Below are positions 17,813 through 26,816 of a stretch of DNA of 64,000 nucleotides, in pieces. The stretch is from Candidatus Aldehydirespiratoraceae bacterium (GTDB taxonomy: Bacteria > Actinomycetota > Acidimicrobiia > Acidimicrobiales > Aldehydirespiratoraceae): positions 2,536,351-2,600,350 of the forward strand of contig OZ240616.1 in assembly GCA_965198315.1 (NCBI GenBank), read 5' to 3'. Position 1 is the stretch's first letter; each line of letters begins with the position of its first letter. The notes beneath the pieces were generated by a model. It had not been told where the DNA came from. It searched no databases and was given only the letters and a program-made list of their open reading frames with translations. The position numbers and the translations under genes are program-made.

Positions 17813-18985
17813 CTAGGCGCTCATGTAACGCTCTACGTAGTCGGTGAATCGCTCATGAATCTCAGGGGTGGAAAGTCCGAAGTCCGCCGCTGTATAACGA
17901 TGCGGCGCGAGCTGCTCTTTGTTTCTGCGTTCCAACCAATCACGCATCAGTGTTTCTGTTTCGAGATTGAGAGCAATACCCAGCTTTTGGTACAAACGGT
18001 TGATCTCGCCCAAGGGATCTTGCACGACATCGGCAAACGCGATGTCGGTGAAGCGCTCGCTCTCATTGTCGAGGCTGGCTCGCATCGCCATAGCTCTGTT
18101 GTTGGTCCATGCCATGCGTTCAATCCACTGAGCACCAACACGATGAGGGTCGACATCGTCTGCGTGCATCTTCCACAAGGTGGTGTTGAGGCTTGCGCCT
18201 GAGGGGATCGTGTCGGCTGGATCGCGATGCATGTGCACGACATGGGCGTCGCCGAACAAGGCCAGTAGTTCGTTGAGGTAACCGAGATGGGCAGGAGTCT
18301 TGAGAATCCAGCGGGTGCGAATCTCGCCTCGTCGCTGTTTCTGCCACTGGAGCAGTTGCAGCATCCGGTGAAGATTTTCATACGCAGGAGTGAAATCGGC
18401 AGTGTCGAGCCACTGTCGATAGCTCGGTACATCGGCCGATGCCTCGGGCACATGCGAAAGAAACGCGTCTGCCAGAAACATGATCTCTTCTTCCGCCTCG
18501 TGCGCATACATCGGGTGGATGGAGAACAGTTCAGGGGCGAAGGCCCGAGTTTGCTCCTCTCGGGCTTCGGCGTCACCGATACGGGGGTCATCGTGGTCGG
18601 GTTGCCAGCCGATTCGTGGCGCTGCTTCACCGATCTCCCAGCCGGAGGCCGAGTAGCGGCGCTCATCGGCGGCGAGAAGACGTTGCACCAGTGTTGTGCC
18701 AGTCCGCATCATGCCCACCACGACGATTGGTGGAGCAATGCGTTGTTCGGCGATCTCCGGGTGAGCGGCGAACCAGTAGTTGGTACGGAGCCGGGTACGC
18801 AGGCTGTGTACCACTCCCCCGCGAAGAATCATGCGGCCCAGTTCGTTCAGTGGTGCAGAACCGTAAGCGTCGAGGAGCACACCGAGCGGTTCTTGAAAGG
18901 TTGGTGGACCGAAGTCCTCGAGTCCGTCTGCGGTGGCGGCCGCCGCCAGCACCGACTCAAGAGCAAAATCGTCAGAGAGATTCAT
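17813..18985 (-). CDS. Sulfotransferase family protein
   Basis: PAPS 5'-phosphosulfate-binding loop MMRTGTTLVQRLL and a later RDP...S region, with a typical length of about 390 aa. Confidence 0.7.
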   Translation of the reverse strand: MNLSDDFALESVLAAAATADGLEDFGPPTFQEPLGVLLDAYGSAPLNELGRMILRGGVVHSLRTRLRTNYWFAAHPEIAEQRIAPPIVVVGMMRTGTTLVQRLLAADERRYSASGWEIGEAAPRIGWQPDHDDPRIGDAEAREEQTRAFAPELFSIHPMYAHEAEEEIMFLADAFLSHVPEASADVPSYRQWLDTADFTPAYENLHRMLQLLQWQKQRRGEIRTRWILKTPAHLGYLNELLALFGDAHVVHMHRDPADTIPSGASLNTTLWKMHADDVDPHRVGAQWIERMAWTNNRAMAMRASLDNESERFTDIAFADVVQDPLGEINRLYQKLGIALNLETETLMRDWLERRNKEQLAPHRYTAADFGLSTPEIHERFTDYVERYMSA

Positions 18986-19029
18986 CGCCTATTTGGATAC
19001 CACGTCCGAGCGTTCTCTATCGTCTCGGC

Positions 19030-19482
19030 ATGACCGACGATGCCCGAATGATAGAAAATCTTCTGTACCTCTATGCCGAGCGAATCGACGCGGGCGACCT
19101 TGGTGGCATAGCCGACCTTTTCAAACATGGCCGCATCTGCGCTGTACCCGATGCGCCCCCGGAAGCCACCTTTGTTGGCACGGAGGGTGTTCGCAAGATG
19201 TACGACGCAGCTACTCGGCTCTACGAAGACGGCACGCCCAAGACACATCACGTCACAACCAACTCCATCATCGAAGTCGATGAGAAGGCCGGAACGGCTT
19301 CAAGCCGGAGCTATTACACCGTGACTCAAGCGACTCCGGAGTTGCCATTGCAAATCATCATCACTGGGCGCTACCACGACACCTTCCAGCGCATCGACGG
19401 CCAATGGTGGTTCGACACAAGGATCATGTTCGTGGACCAAATGGGTGACTTGAGTCACCACCTGCTGTATTCGCTTTCTTGA
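19030..19482 (+). CDS. SnoaL-like / NTF2-fold protein
   Basis: MTDDARMIENLLYLYAERIDAGDLGGIADLF... and ...GRYHDTFQRIDGQWWFDTR are typical of the SnoaL_4 family. I chose the ATG at 19030 inside the longer ORF 18616..19482. Confidence 0.7.
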   Translation: MTDDARMIENLLYLYAERIDAGDLGGIADLFKHGRICAVPDAPPEATFVGTEGVRKMYDAATRLYEDGTPKTHHVTTNSIIEVDEKAGTASSRSYYTVTQATPELPLQIIITGRYHDTFQRIDGQWWFDTRIMFVDQMGDLSHHLLYSLS

Positions 19483-19492
19483 GGATCGGGGG

Positions 19493-19520
19493 AACGGCGC
19501 GCGGGTGACCACCGCCGTTT
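19493..19520 (+). terminator. Weak hairpin after the SnoaL-like gene
   Basis: AACGGCG-13 nt-CGCCGTT is followed by only TTT. This is marginal. Confidence 0.3.
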
Positions 19521-19555
19521 AGCCCAGCGACACGGTATGCCGATACGGTTCCGCA

Positions 19556-20752
19556 ATGGCCTCGGTCACTGATTTCCCGAAAATCATCAGCGTTGACGAC
19601 CATGTCGTGGAACCGGCAAACATCTGGACAGACCGCCTTCCCGCCAAGTATCGAGACATCGGCCCGCGGATCGTGATTGCGCCGCAAGGAGAGATGACCC
19701 TCGAAGGGGGCACCTGGGTTGAGCAGCCCGGAACCGGCGACAAGATGGCGGCCTGGTGGCACTACGAGGATCACCGTTACCAGATCAAGCACATGATCGC
19801 CTGTGCGGGCACTCCACCCGAAGAGGTCACCATGGCCGGAGTCACCTATGACGATATTCGTCCGGGTTGCTACCGCGCAGCGGATCGGCTGGCGGACATG
19901 GATATCAACCATGTCGAAGCGTCGTTGTGTTTCCCCAACTACCCCCGTTTCTGCGGTCAGTTGTTCGCCGAGCGCTCCGACAAGGAGCTCTCGAAGCTCT
20001 GTGTCGAGGCATACAACGATTGGATGGTCGACGAATGGTGTGGCGACTCGGGCGGGCGTTTGATCCCGTTGTGCATCGTGCCGTTGTGGGACGTCGAACT
20101 GGCTGCCGCGGAGATCCGCCGCAACGCAGCCCGGGGCGTTACCGCCACCGCCTGGTCGGAGTTGCCGGCGTGGCTGGGTCTGCCCTCGATTCATTCCGGG
20201 TATTGGGACCCCTTCTTTACGGCTTGCGAAGAAACAGGGACAGTCATTGCCATGCACATCGGGTCTGGTACGCGCACGGTTCGCACATCCGAAGACGCAC
20301 CGACGCTAGTGACCGCCACGATGATCTCAGCCAACAGCGCGGCTTCTATGGTCGACTTTCTGTTTTCGGGGGTGCTGCACCGCTACCCGACTCTGAAACT
20401 GATGTATGCGGAGAGCCAGATCGGTTGGATTCCCTACTTCATTGAACGAGCCGACGAAAATTATCTGACTCATCAATGGGCTCAGGGTGAGGAACGGCTA
20501 TCGGAGAGGCCGTCGTTTTATTACTACCGGCAGGTGTTCAGCTGCTTTTTCAACGACTCCGCCGGCATGAAATTGCTTGACGAGGTGGGCGTCGACAATG
20601 TCCTGTTCGAGACCGACTATCCCCACTCCGACGGCACCTTCCCTCATTCCCGGGGAAAAGCCCACTCCTTGTTCGGCCATCTTGACGACGACGCCGTCTA
20701 CAAACTCGCCCGCGGCAACGCCATCAAGCTGCTAAACCTGCCTTTCGACTAA
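19556..20752 (+). CDS. Amidohydrolase_2 family protein (paralog of 8272..9498)
   Basis: ISVDDHVVEP and FETDYPHSDGTFPHSR. It is collinear with the first paralog along its whole length. Confidence 0.85.
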   Translation: MASVTDFPKIISVDDHVVEPANIWTDRLPAKYRDIGPRIVIAPQGEMTLEGGTWVEQPGTGDKMAAWWHYEDHRYQIKHMIACAGTPPEEVTMAGVTYDDIRPGCYRAADRLADMDINHVEASLCFPNYPRFCGQLFAERSDKELSKLCVEAYNDWMVDEWCGDSGGRLIPLCIVPLWDVELAAAEIRRNAARGVTATAWSELPAWLGLPSIHSGYWDPFFTACEETGTVIAMHIGSGTRTVRTSEDAPTLVTATMISANSAASMVDFLFSGVLHRYPTLKLMYAESQIGWIPYFIERADENYLTHQWAQGEERLSERPSFYYYRQVFSCFFNDSAGMKLLDEVGVDNVLFETDYPHSDGTFPHSRGKAHSLFGHLDDDAVYKLARGNAIKLLNLPFD

Positions 20753-20899
20753 CGGCCTTGCGTGCAGTGGGGTCGCTGCGCGCTCCTGAGAAACATCACC
20801 AGCCTATTGGATTGTCTCTGGATGGCTTTGATGATACGGTGTTACCCGTAAGCCACTTCCCCCTGACTCGTATAACAACGAATTGGATGGGAGACCATA

Positions 20900-21313
20900 G
20901 TGGCTCTGACAGAAAAGCAGCGAGCCGAGATCTACAGCAGTCTTTCCGACACTGTAGGTCAACCGGGAGCGGAGTTCCTCATGGCACAGCAACCACCTGG
21001 AGGATGGGAGCAGTTCGCCACTAAACGTGACTTGGCAGACCTCGAGGTCAAGACACAGGCCTCGTTCGTCGAATTACAGGCCTCGATCGTCGCGCTCAAT
21101 GCCAAGATGGATGTCCAGTTCGCCCAGCTCCGCGAACAGCTCGCGGAGATCAAGGAGCGGTTCGCGGCGATCGACACGCGGTTCGCGGCGGTCGACACGC
21201 GGTTCGCGGAGTTGTCGGACAAACGCGGCAGGGATGTCTGGGCGTTCGTTGTGGCGACTGTCTCCATCTGCGGCTCTGTCTTCTTGGCGGCCTGGCAATT
21301 CGCGCCAGCCTGA
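20900..21313 (+). CDS. Coiled-coil protein with C-terminal transmembrane anchor
   Basis: 137 aa. Heptad-like stretch LADLEVKTQASFVELQASIVALNAKMDVQFAQLREQLAEIKERF, a RFAA(I/V)DT repeat, and the terminal helix VWAFVVATVSICGSVFLAAW. GTG start. Confidence 0.55.
   Translation: MALTEKQRAEIYSSLSDTVGQPGAEFLMAQQPPGGWEQFATKRDLADLEVKTQASFVELQASIVALNAKMDVQFAQLREQLAEIKERFAAIDTRFAAVDTRFAELSDKRGRDVWAFVVATVSICGSVFLAAWQFAPA
21158..21210 (+). repeat. 21-bp in-frame tandem repeat (2.5 units) cggttcgcggcgRtcgacacg
   Basis: Read directly. It encodes RFAAIDT-RFAAVDT-RFAE. Confidence 0.85.
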
Positions 21314-21400
21314 GGTTGGGCCTGCCCTCGATTCACACCGGGTATCGGGACCCCTTCTTCGAGGCTTGCGAAGAAACAGGGACCGTCATTGCGATGCACA
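21314..21400 (+). pseudogene. 87-nt relic of an amidohydrolase_2 gene (internal fragment)
   Basis: It aligns without gaps to 20172-20258 of the intact gene, with about 10 mismatches by hand. It encodes GLPSIHTGYRDPFFEACEETGTVIAMH versus GLPSIHSGYWDPFFTACEETGTVIAMH. Confidence 0.75.
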
Positions 21401-21484
21401 CGAGCCTAAGCCCTCCCTCTCCCCGCTGCCCAACGCCGGTTACACAACCCCCGTTACGACAAACTGGGCGGACGACCTCATTTG

Positions 21485-22024
21485 CTACGAGCCACATTGC
21501 TTAGCGATCGACAACAGCACCGATGTGCTGGCATTCGAAGATTGGAACACCAACTCGACACAGCTTGGCTTCGTAACCCACACGCCTCCAGCGAAAACCA
21601 ACCAACGGTCGGAGTCGCCGGGACAGGGACCGACTGAGATCCGCTCTACCGGCGAACTGGATGTCGCCGACGACCATCCGACACGAGTTGTCTCAGGAGA
21701 GCCTTCCCCGACGAAGACCTGGAACCTTTGATTCGGGCGCACCAAGAGAGCGATCTTTGAGAATCGCAGCGGCGACTCCGGTGCAGCGTCTGTACCTTGT
21801 CGCCCCTGTTGGTGCACGATCGTCGAGTTGATCGCCGATACTTCCTGCACGACGCGAAACCCGTCGGGTAGCTCAGAGATCACGTCAATATACGACGAGC
21901 AGTCGAGGGTCGCTTCCGAGAGTCTGTCCTCGCCAGAATCGTCAATGATCGACGTAACAACACTCGCTCCAACGACAATTGCCACGACACCGACGGTAGC
22001 GCCCAGTTTTCGCCGAGGTCTCAC
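21485..22024 (-). CDS. Hypothetical membrane-anchored or secreted protein
   Basis: 179 aa with an N-terminal signal/anchor RRKLGATVGVVAIVVGASVV. No family recognised. Confidence 0.45.
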   Translation of the reverse strand: MRPRRKLGATVGVVAIVVGASVVTSIIDDSGEDRLSEATLDCSSYIDVISELPDGFRVVQEVSAINSTIVHQQGRQGTDAAPESPLRFSKIALLVRPNQRFQVFVGEGSPETTRVGWSSATSSSPVERISVGPCPGDSDRWLVFAGGVWVTKPSCVELVFQSSNASTSVLLSIAKQCGS

Positions 22025-22340
22025 GACCTTGAAGTCAGTCCGAACACGAGCGCTGCATCGGCCTCAGACGCTGGACCCACGACTACATCTGTCACCGACA
22101 CCACACCACCATAGGCGGCCCACCCGTATCACGCGCCGACAACCTACCGCGACCCGACCCTCGGGCTAAGCTTGAAGGTTCTGCAGACAGTCCGACGCTT
22201 ATCTTCAGCAGTGTTGCCTGAATGGAACCGGTCCTTATCGGTGGTTCATGCGGTCCCTGCTGATTCAACAGTGAGGACCCGTGAAGCGATGCCACCGACG
22301 ATCTCGCTAGGCCAGGGTTGCGTGGTAGGTTTCACGTCGC

Positions 22341-23156
22341 ATGAGCGTGGAGTCTGAACGGCCGACGATTCTTGATGTTCGCAGTGCCGAGGTCGTCTAC
22401 AACGATGTGATCTTGGTGCTGAGCGGGGTGAGTTTGAGGGTTGAGGCAGGCGAGATCGTGACTCTGCTCGGCGCCAACGGTGCAGGTAAAACCACATTGC
22501 TGCGAGCGATCACCGGGCTGTTGGAGGTTCATCGCGGCGAGATGACCAAAGGTTCGATCATTTTCGACGGGGCGCCGGCCGACCATGTCGACCCTTCAAA
22601 GCTGGTACGTGCAGGCGTGGCCCAAGTCATGGAGGGACGGCGGATTTTCGCGGAGCTGACCGTCGAAGAGAACCTACGTACCGGGGCCCACACGGTGCAT
22701 GACAAGGCGGCGATCACCGCGGCCCATGAGCGGGTCATGGATCTTTTCCCGGTGTTGAAACCCCGCCAGCGTGACACCGCCGGTTATCTCTCGGGTGGCG
22801 AACAGCAGATGCTCGCCATTGGCAGAGCCCTGATGGCCTCGCCGAAACTCTTGTTGTTGGACGAACCGTCGTTGGGGCTCGCCCCCAAACTCGTCGAACG
22901 AATCTCTGAGATCATCGAGACGGTCAACGCGCAGGGAACCAGCGTCCTGCTTGTCGAGCAGAACGCACGCATGGCGCTGTCGATCTCGGATCGAGCATAC
23001 GTGCTCGAGAATGGACGGATCGTGAAGGAGGGAGCGGCCTCCGAACTGCTTGAAGACGACGACATCCGCGAGTTCTATCTCGGAGTCGGCGAAGCCGGCC
23101 GCAAGTCCTTTAGAGATGTCAAGTCCTATCGACGCAAGAAACGTTGGAGCGCATGA
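22341..23156 (+). CDS. Branched-chain-amino-acid-type ABC transporter ATP-binding protein (LivF-like)
   Basis: Walker A GANGAGKTT, signature LSGGEQQML, Walker B LLLLDEPS. Confidence 0.9.
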   Translation: MSVESERPTILDVRSAEVVYNDVILVLSGVSLRVEAGEIVTLLGANGAGKTTLLRAITGLLEVHRGEMTKGSIIFDGAPADHVDPSKLVRAGVAQVMEGRRIFAELTVEENLRTGAHTVHDKAAITAAHERVMDLFPVLKPRQRDTAGYLSGGEQQMLAIGRALMASPKLLLLDEPSLGLAPKLVERISEIIETVNAQGTSVLLVEQNARMALSISDRAYVLENGRIVKEGAASELLEDDDIREFYLGVGEAGRKSFRDVKSYRRKKRWSA

Positions 23157-23923
23157 GCGCCCCGTTGTTGGGCTTCGATGCGGTGACGCTGCGTTTCGGA
23201 GGCGTAACCGCGCTCGACGACGTGTCGTTCACGGTCACCGAGGGTGAGCTGTTTGCGATCATCGGCCCCAACGGCGCTGGCAAAACCTCGATCTTCAACT
23301 GCCTCAACGGCGTGTACCGCCCCGAGAGTGGCGAGATCACCTTCCGAGGCAACTCACTCATCGGAGCGAAGCCGACTCAAGTCGCCAAACACGGCGTGGC
23401 GAGAACGTTCCAGAACCTGGGGCTGTTCTCCAACCTCAACCTGGTCGACAACTTGATGCTTGGCCGCCACCTGTTGATGAAGAGCGGGTTCATAGCTGGT
23501 GCGATCTGGTTCGGCCGGGCTAAACGTGAAGAGATCGCGCATCGCGGGCGAGTCGAGGAGATCATCGACTTCCTGGAGTTGCAGCCGTACCGCTACCGCC
23601 CAGTGGGAATGCTCCCCTATGGCATCCAGAAACGCATTGAACTGGGCCGAGCCCTTTCGATGGAACCCAGTCTGTTGTTGCTGGACGAACCGGTCGCGGG
23701 AATGAACCTTGAAGAAACCGAGGATATGGCGCGTTTCATAATCGAGATCCGCGACCATCTACACATCGCCATGATCCTCGTTGAACACGACATGCACATG
23801 GTGATGGATATCGCCGATCGAGTGATGGCGCTCAATTTCGGGCAATGCCTTGCCACTGGTGTTCCAAGCGTGATTCAGTCCGACCCGGAGGTCATCGCCG
23901 CCTACCTTGGGGAGCCAACGTGA
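23153..23923 (+). CDS. Branched-chain-amino-acid-type ABC transporter ATP-binding protein (LivG-like)
   Basis: GPNGAGKTS, ARTFQN, LLLLDEP. The ATG at 23153 forms an ATGA overlap with the upstream stop. Confidence 0.9.
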   Translation: MSAPLLGFDAVTLRFGGVTALDDVSFTVTEGELFAIIGPNGAGKTSIFNCLNGVYRPESGEITFRGNSLIGAKPTQVAKHGVARTFQNLGLFSNLNLVDNLMLGRHLLMKSGFIAGAIWFGRAKREEIAHRGRVEEIIDFLELQPYRYRPVGMLPYGIQKRIELGRALSMEPSLLLLDEPVAGMNLEETEDMARFIIEIRDHLHIAMILVEHDMHMVMDIADRVMALNFGQCLATGVPSVIQSDPEVIAAYLGEPT

Positions 23924-25737
23924 ACAGGTCTCCCGTGAACCCCTCCCCCGCGGGTATTTCACTTCCGCACAAACTGCTCGCCAGAGCCTCCGCAGATGGC
24001 GACTCGGTGGCGCTGCGCCACAAAACGCTGGGAATCTGGCACGAATACACATGGAACGACTACGCGGACACGGCGCGCCTAGTCGGTCTGGGTCTGCGCA
24101 GCCTCGGGGTGGCTAGAGGCGACAAAGTGGCGGTCCACGCCGAGAACCGCCCCGAATGGGTCTTCGCCGATCTCGGAGCGCAGGGCATTGGTGCAGTGAC
24201 CGTTGGTATCTATCCGACCAGCCCCGCAACCGAAGTCCGCTACCTGCTGGCACACTCAGAAACTAAGGTCGTGGTGGCCGAGGATGAAGAACAACTCGAC
24301 AAGACCCTTGAAGTCTGGGACCAACTCGAAGACTTGGCCTACGCCGTGGTCGTCGACCCACGAGGTGTCCGGGTGCTCGATGATCCGCGGATATTGACCT
24401 TCGAGGAACTGCTGGAACTCGGCCGGGCTCAATCAACAGCCGACTTTGATGAATCGGTAGCCGCTCTCGACAGCGCAGACGTGGCCATCATCGTCTACAC
24501 CTCAGGCACGACCGGGCCACCCAAAGGAGCGATGATCAGCCACGTCAACATGCATGCGGCTTTCACCGATTACGACGCAATATTCTCACTCGGACCGGGC
24601 GACGAAGTGCTCTCGTATCTCCCGCTGTGCCATATCGCAGAACGGTTGGTAACGGTCATCAACGGGATCAGCGCCGGCTACACGGCAAACTTCGGAGAGG
24701 GCGGAGAGGCTTTCGTCAACGACCTGCGCGAGGTGCAACCAACCTTCTTCTTGGGTGTTCCCCGCGTCTGGGAGAAGATGCTGGCAAGTGTGCAGGTGCG
24801 GATGAACGACGCTTCGTGGCTGAAACGACGCAACTACCAGTACTGGACCTCCAAAGGCAGCCGCTTGGCGAAGGCCCGCATGCAAGGGAGGCTCGGAGTG
24901 GGCGACCGAGTCGTGGGAGTTCTGGGATGGCTGATGCTGTACCGCGCGCTGAGAGAACGCCTCGGTATGAGCCGTTGCCAGAACGCCCTGTCGGGTGCTG
25001 CTCCCATCGCACCCCAGATCCTCGACTGGTTCTGGTCGATCGGGGTACCGGTTCGGGAGGGTTACGGACAGACCGAGAACTGCGCGCAAGCGACAATCAA
25101 CCCTCAGCGGGGTGTGAGGATCGGAACCGTGGGTCTACCCGTCGCCGGAGCAGAAGTGCGCATTGCAGAAGACGGTGAAATCCTCACCCGAGGTGAGGGA
25201 ACCTTCGTTGGTTACTACAAGAACCCGCAGGCCACCGCGGAGACGATCGACGCCGAAGGCTGGTTGCACACCGGTGACATCGGGGTTTTCGACGACGACG
25301 GTTACCTCAAGATCACCGACCGTAAGAAGGACATCATCATCACGGCCGGCGGAAAGAACATCTCACCGTCGGAAATCGAGAACCGCCTGAAGGTCTCGCC
25401 GTTCGTGCGCGAAGCGGTGGTGATCGGAGACCGCCGCAAATACCTGACCGCGCTGGTGGGCATCGAATATCAGACCGTCGGCGACTGGGCTACACGCCGG
25501 GGTGTCACCTACACAACCTATGCAGACCTCTCGAGCAAACCCGAAGTACGGTCCTTGATCGACCAGGTGGTGCAAGAGACCAACCAGGACTTCGCCCAGG
25601 TGGAGACAGTCAAGCGCTTCGACTTCATGACCATCGAACTCGACCACGAGGACGGGCAGCTCACCGCTACCCAGAAAGTCAAACGCGCAGCCATCGCCTC
25701 ACAGTTCGAAGACCTGATCGAGCAGATGTACTCATGA
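23920..25737 (+). CDS. AMP-dependent acyl-CoA synthetase (long-chain fatty-acid-CoA ligase-like)
   Basis: AMP-binding motif YTSGTTGPPKGAM, plus GYGQTE, GWLHTGDIG and DRKKDIIITAGGKNISP. The GTG at 23920 overlaps the upstream TGA. Confidence 0.85.
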   Translation: MNRSPVNPSPAGISLPHKLLARASADGDSVALRHKTLGIWHEYTWNDYADTARLVGLGLRSLGVARGDKVAVHAENRPEWVFADLGAQGIGAVTVGIYPTSPATEVRYLLAHSETKVVVAEDEEQLDKTLEVWDQLEDLAYAVVVDPRGVRVLDDPRILTFEELLELGRAQSTADFDESVAALDSADVAIIVYTSGTTGPPKGAMISHVNMHAAFTDYDAIFSLGPGDEVLSYLPLCHIAERLVTVINGISAGYTANFGEGGEAFVNDLREVQPTFFLGVPRVWEKMLASVQVRMNDASWLKRRNYQYWTSKGSRLAKARMQGRLGVGDRVVGVLGWLMLYRALRERLGMSRCQNALSGAAPIAPQILDWFWSIGVPVREGYGQTENCAQATINPQRGVRIGTVGLPVAGAEVRIAEDGEILTRGEGTFVGYYKNPQATAETIDAEGWLHTGDIGVFDDDGYLKITDRKKDIIITAGGKNISPSEIENRLKVSPFVREAVVIGDRRKYLTALVGIEYQTVGDWATRRGVTYTTYADLSSKPEVRSLIDQVVQETNQDFAQVETVKRFDFMTIELDHEDGQLTATQKVKRAAIASQFEDLIEQMYS

Positions 25738-26816
25738 CCACGTTCCTGCAAGCAACCTTCGACGGAGTCGCCACCGGTTCGTTGTACGCACTGATCGTGC
25801 TCGGGTTCGTGGTGATCTACCGGGCAACCGGCATCATCAACTTCGCGCAGGGTGGTGCCCTGCTGCTCGGCGGCTACATCACCTACAACGTCAGCACCTC
25901 GTGGGGATGGAACTATTTCCTCGGCATCGTCTTTTCGGTTCTGGTGTGCGCCGGATTCAGCGTGCTGCTGCAACGAGCCATGTTGCAGCGGATCTTTCGC
26001 GAGGTCATCGGAATCTCTGCTGGTCTGCTGGGGTGGGCGACGCTGTTCTACAACGGGACCACCCATCTTGTAGGGCTGGCGGGTGGTGTCGTTATTGGTC
26101 TGCTGGCGCTGTTGGTTACCGCTCGGATCGAAGCGCGCGTCGGAGACAGGGGCCCGTCTGAGTTGCCGGTGTTCGGGGCGATCATGGTCACCATCGGGGT
26201 GCTGTTCATCATCAAACAAGTCGTGGCCTCGATTTGGGGTTTCGCTGAGCTCAGCGTCAACGACCCCTGGGAATTGTCGACTTCGCTAGTCGGCGACGTC
26301 GTACTCCAACATTCGAAACTCGCGGCTATAGCCATGGCCGCAGTGGCGCTCGGAGTCTTCTTTCTGGTTGACCGCTACAGCCGTATCGGTATCGCCATGC
26401 GGGCTACCCATTTCGACCACGAGGCGGCGATCGCTCAGGGCATCTCGACCAAGATCGTGTTTGCTACCGCGTTCGCGATCGCTGGAGGAGTGGCAGCTCT
26501 GGCGGGTTCGGCAGCGACCGCCGGCCCCGAACTCATTACCCCGAACTTGGACTTTGTGGTCTTCTTCGCTTTTCCAGCAATGATCCTCGGGGGGTTGGAC
26601 TCACCGGCGGGTGCGGTGGCTGGAGGACTGCTGGTCGGCTGGATTCAGAACATTGTGAAGACCTACGTGGCTACCACCCCCGCGTGGTTCCCGATCGAGG
26701 ATCTTGACTGGTTGGGCGCTGGATTCGAGCGGGTGGCGATCTTCGTTGTCATGATCATCGTCTTGATGGCCCGCCCCTACGGGCTGTTGGGCACCGAGGA
26801 GGTGCGGCGCGTATGA
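25734..26816 (+). CDS. Liv-type ABC transporter permease (LivH-like)
   Basis: Starts MTTFLQATFDGVATGSLYALIVLGFVVIYRATGIINFAQG, typical of LivH. ATGA overlap with the ligase stop. Confidence 0.85.
   Translation: MTTFLQATFDGVATGSLYALIVLGFVVIYRATGIINFAQGGALLLGGYITYNVSTSWGWNYFLGIVFSVLVCAGFSVLLQRAMLQRIFREVIGISAGLLGWATLFYNGTTHLVGLAGGVVIGLLALLVTARIEARVGDRGPSELPVFGAIMVTIGVLFIIKQVVASIWGFAELSVNDPWELSTSLVGDVVLQHSKLAAIAMAAVALGVFFLVDRYSRIGIAMRATHFDHEAAIAQGISTKIVFATAFAIAGGVAALAGSAATAGPELITPNLDFVVFFAFPAMILGGLDSPAGAVAGGLLVGWIQNIVKTYVATTPAWFPIEDLDWLGAGFERVAIFVVMIIVLMARPYGLLGTEEVRRV

Noticed and set aside
21027-21731. 234-aa plus-strand ORF rich in Arg/Ser
   Set aside because: It overlaps the coiled-coil gene, the amidohydrolase relic and the 179-aa minus-strand gene. 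Its composition is typical of an off-frame reading of GC-rich DNA.
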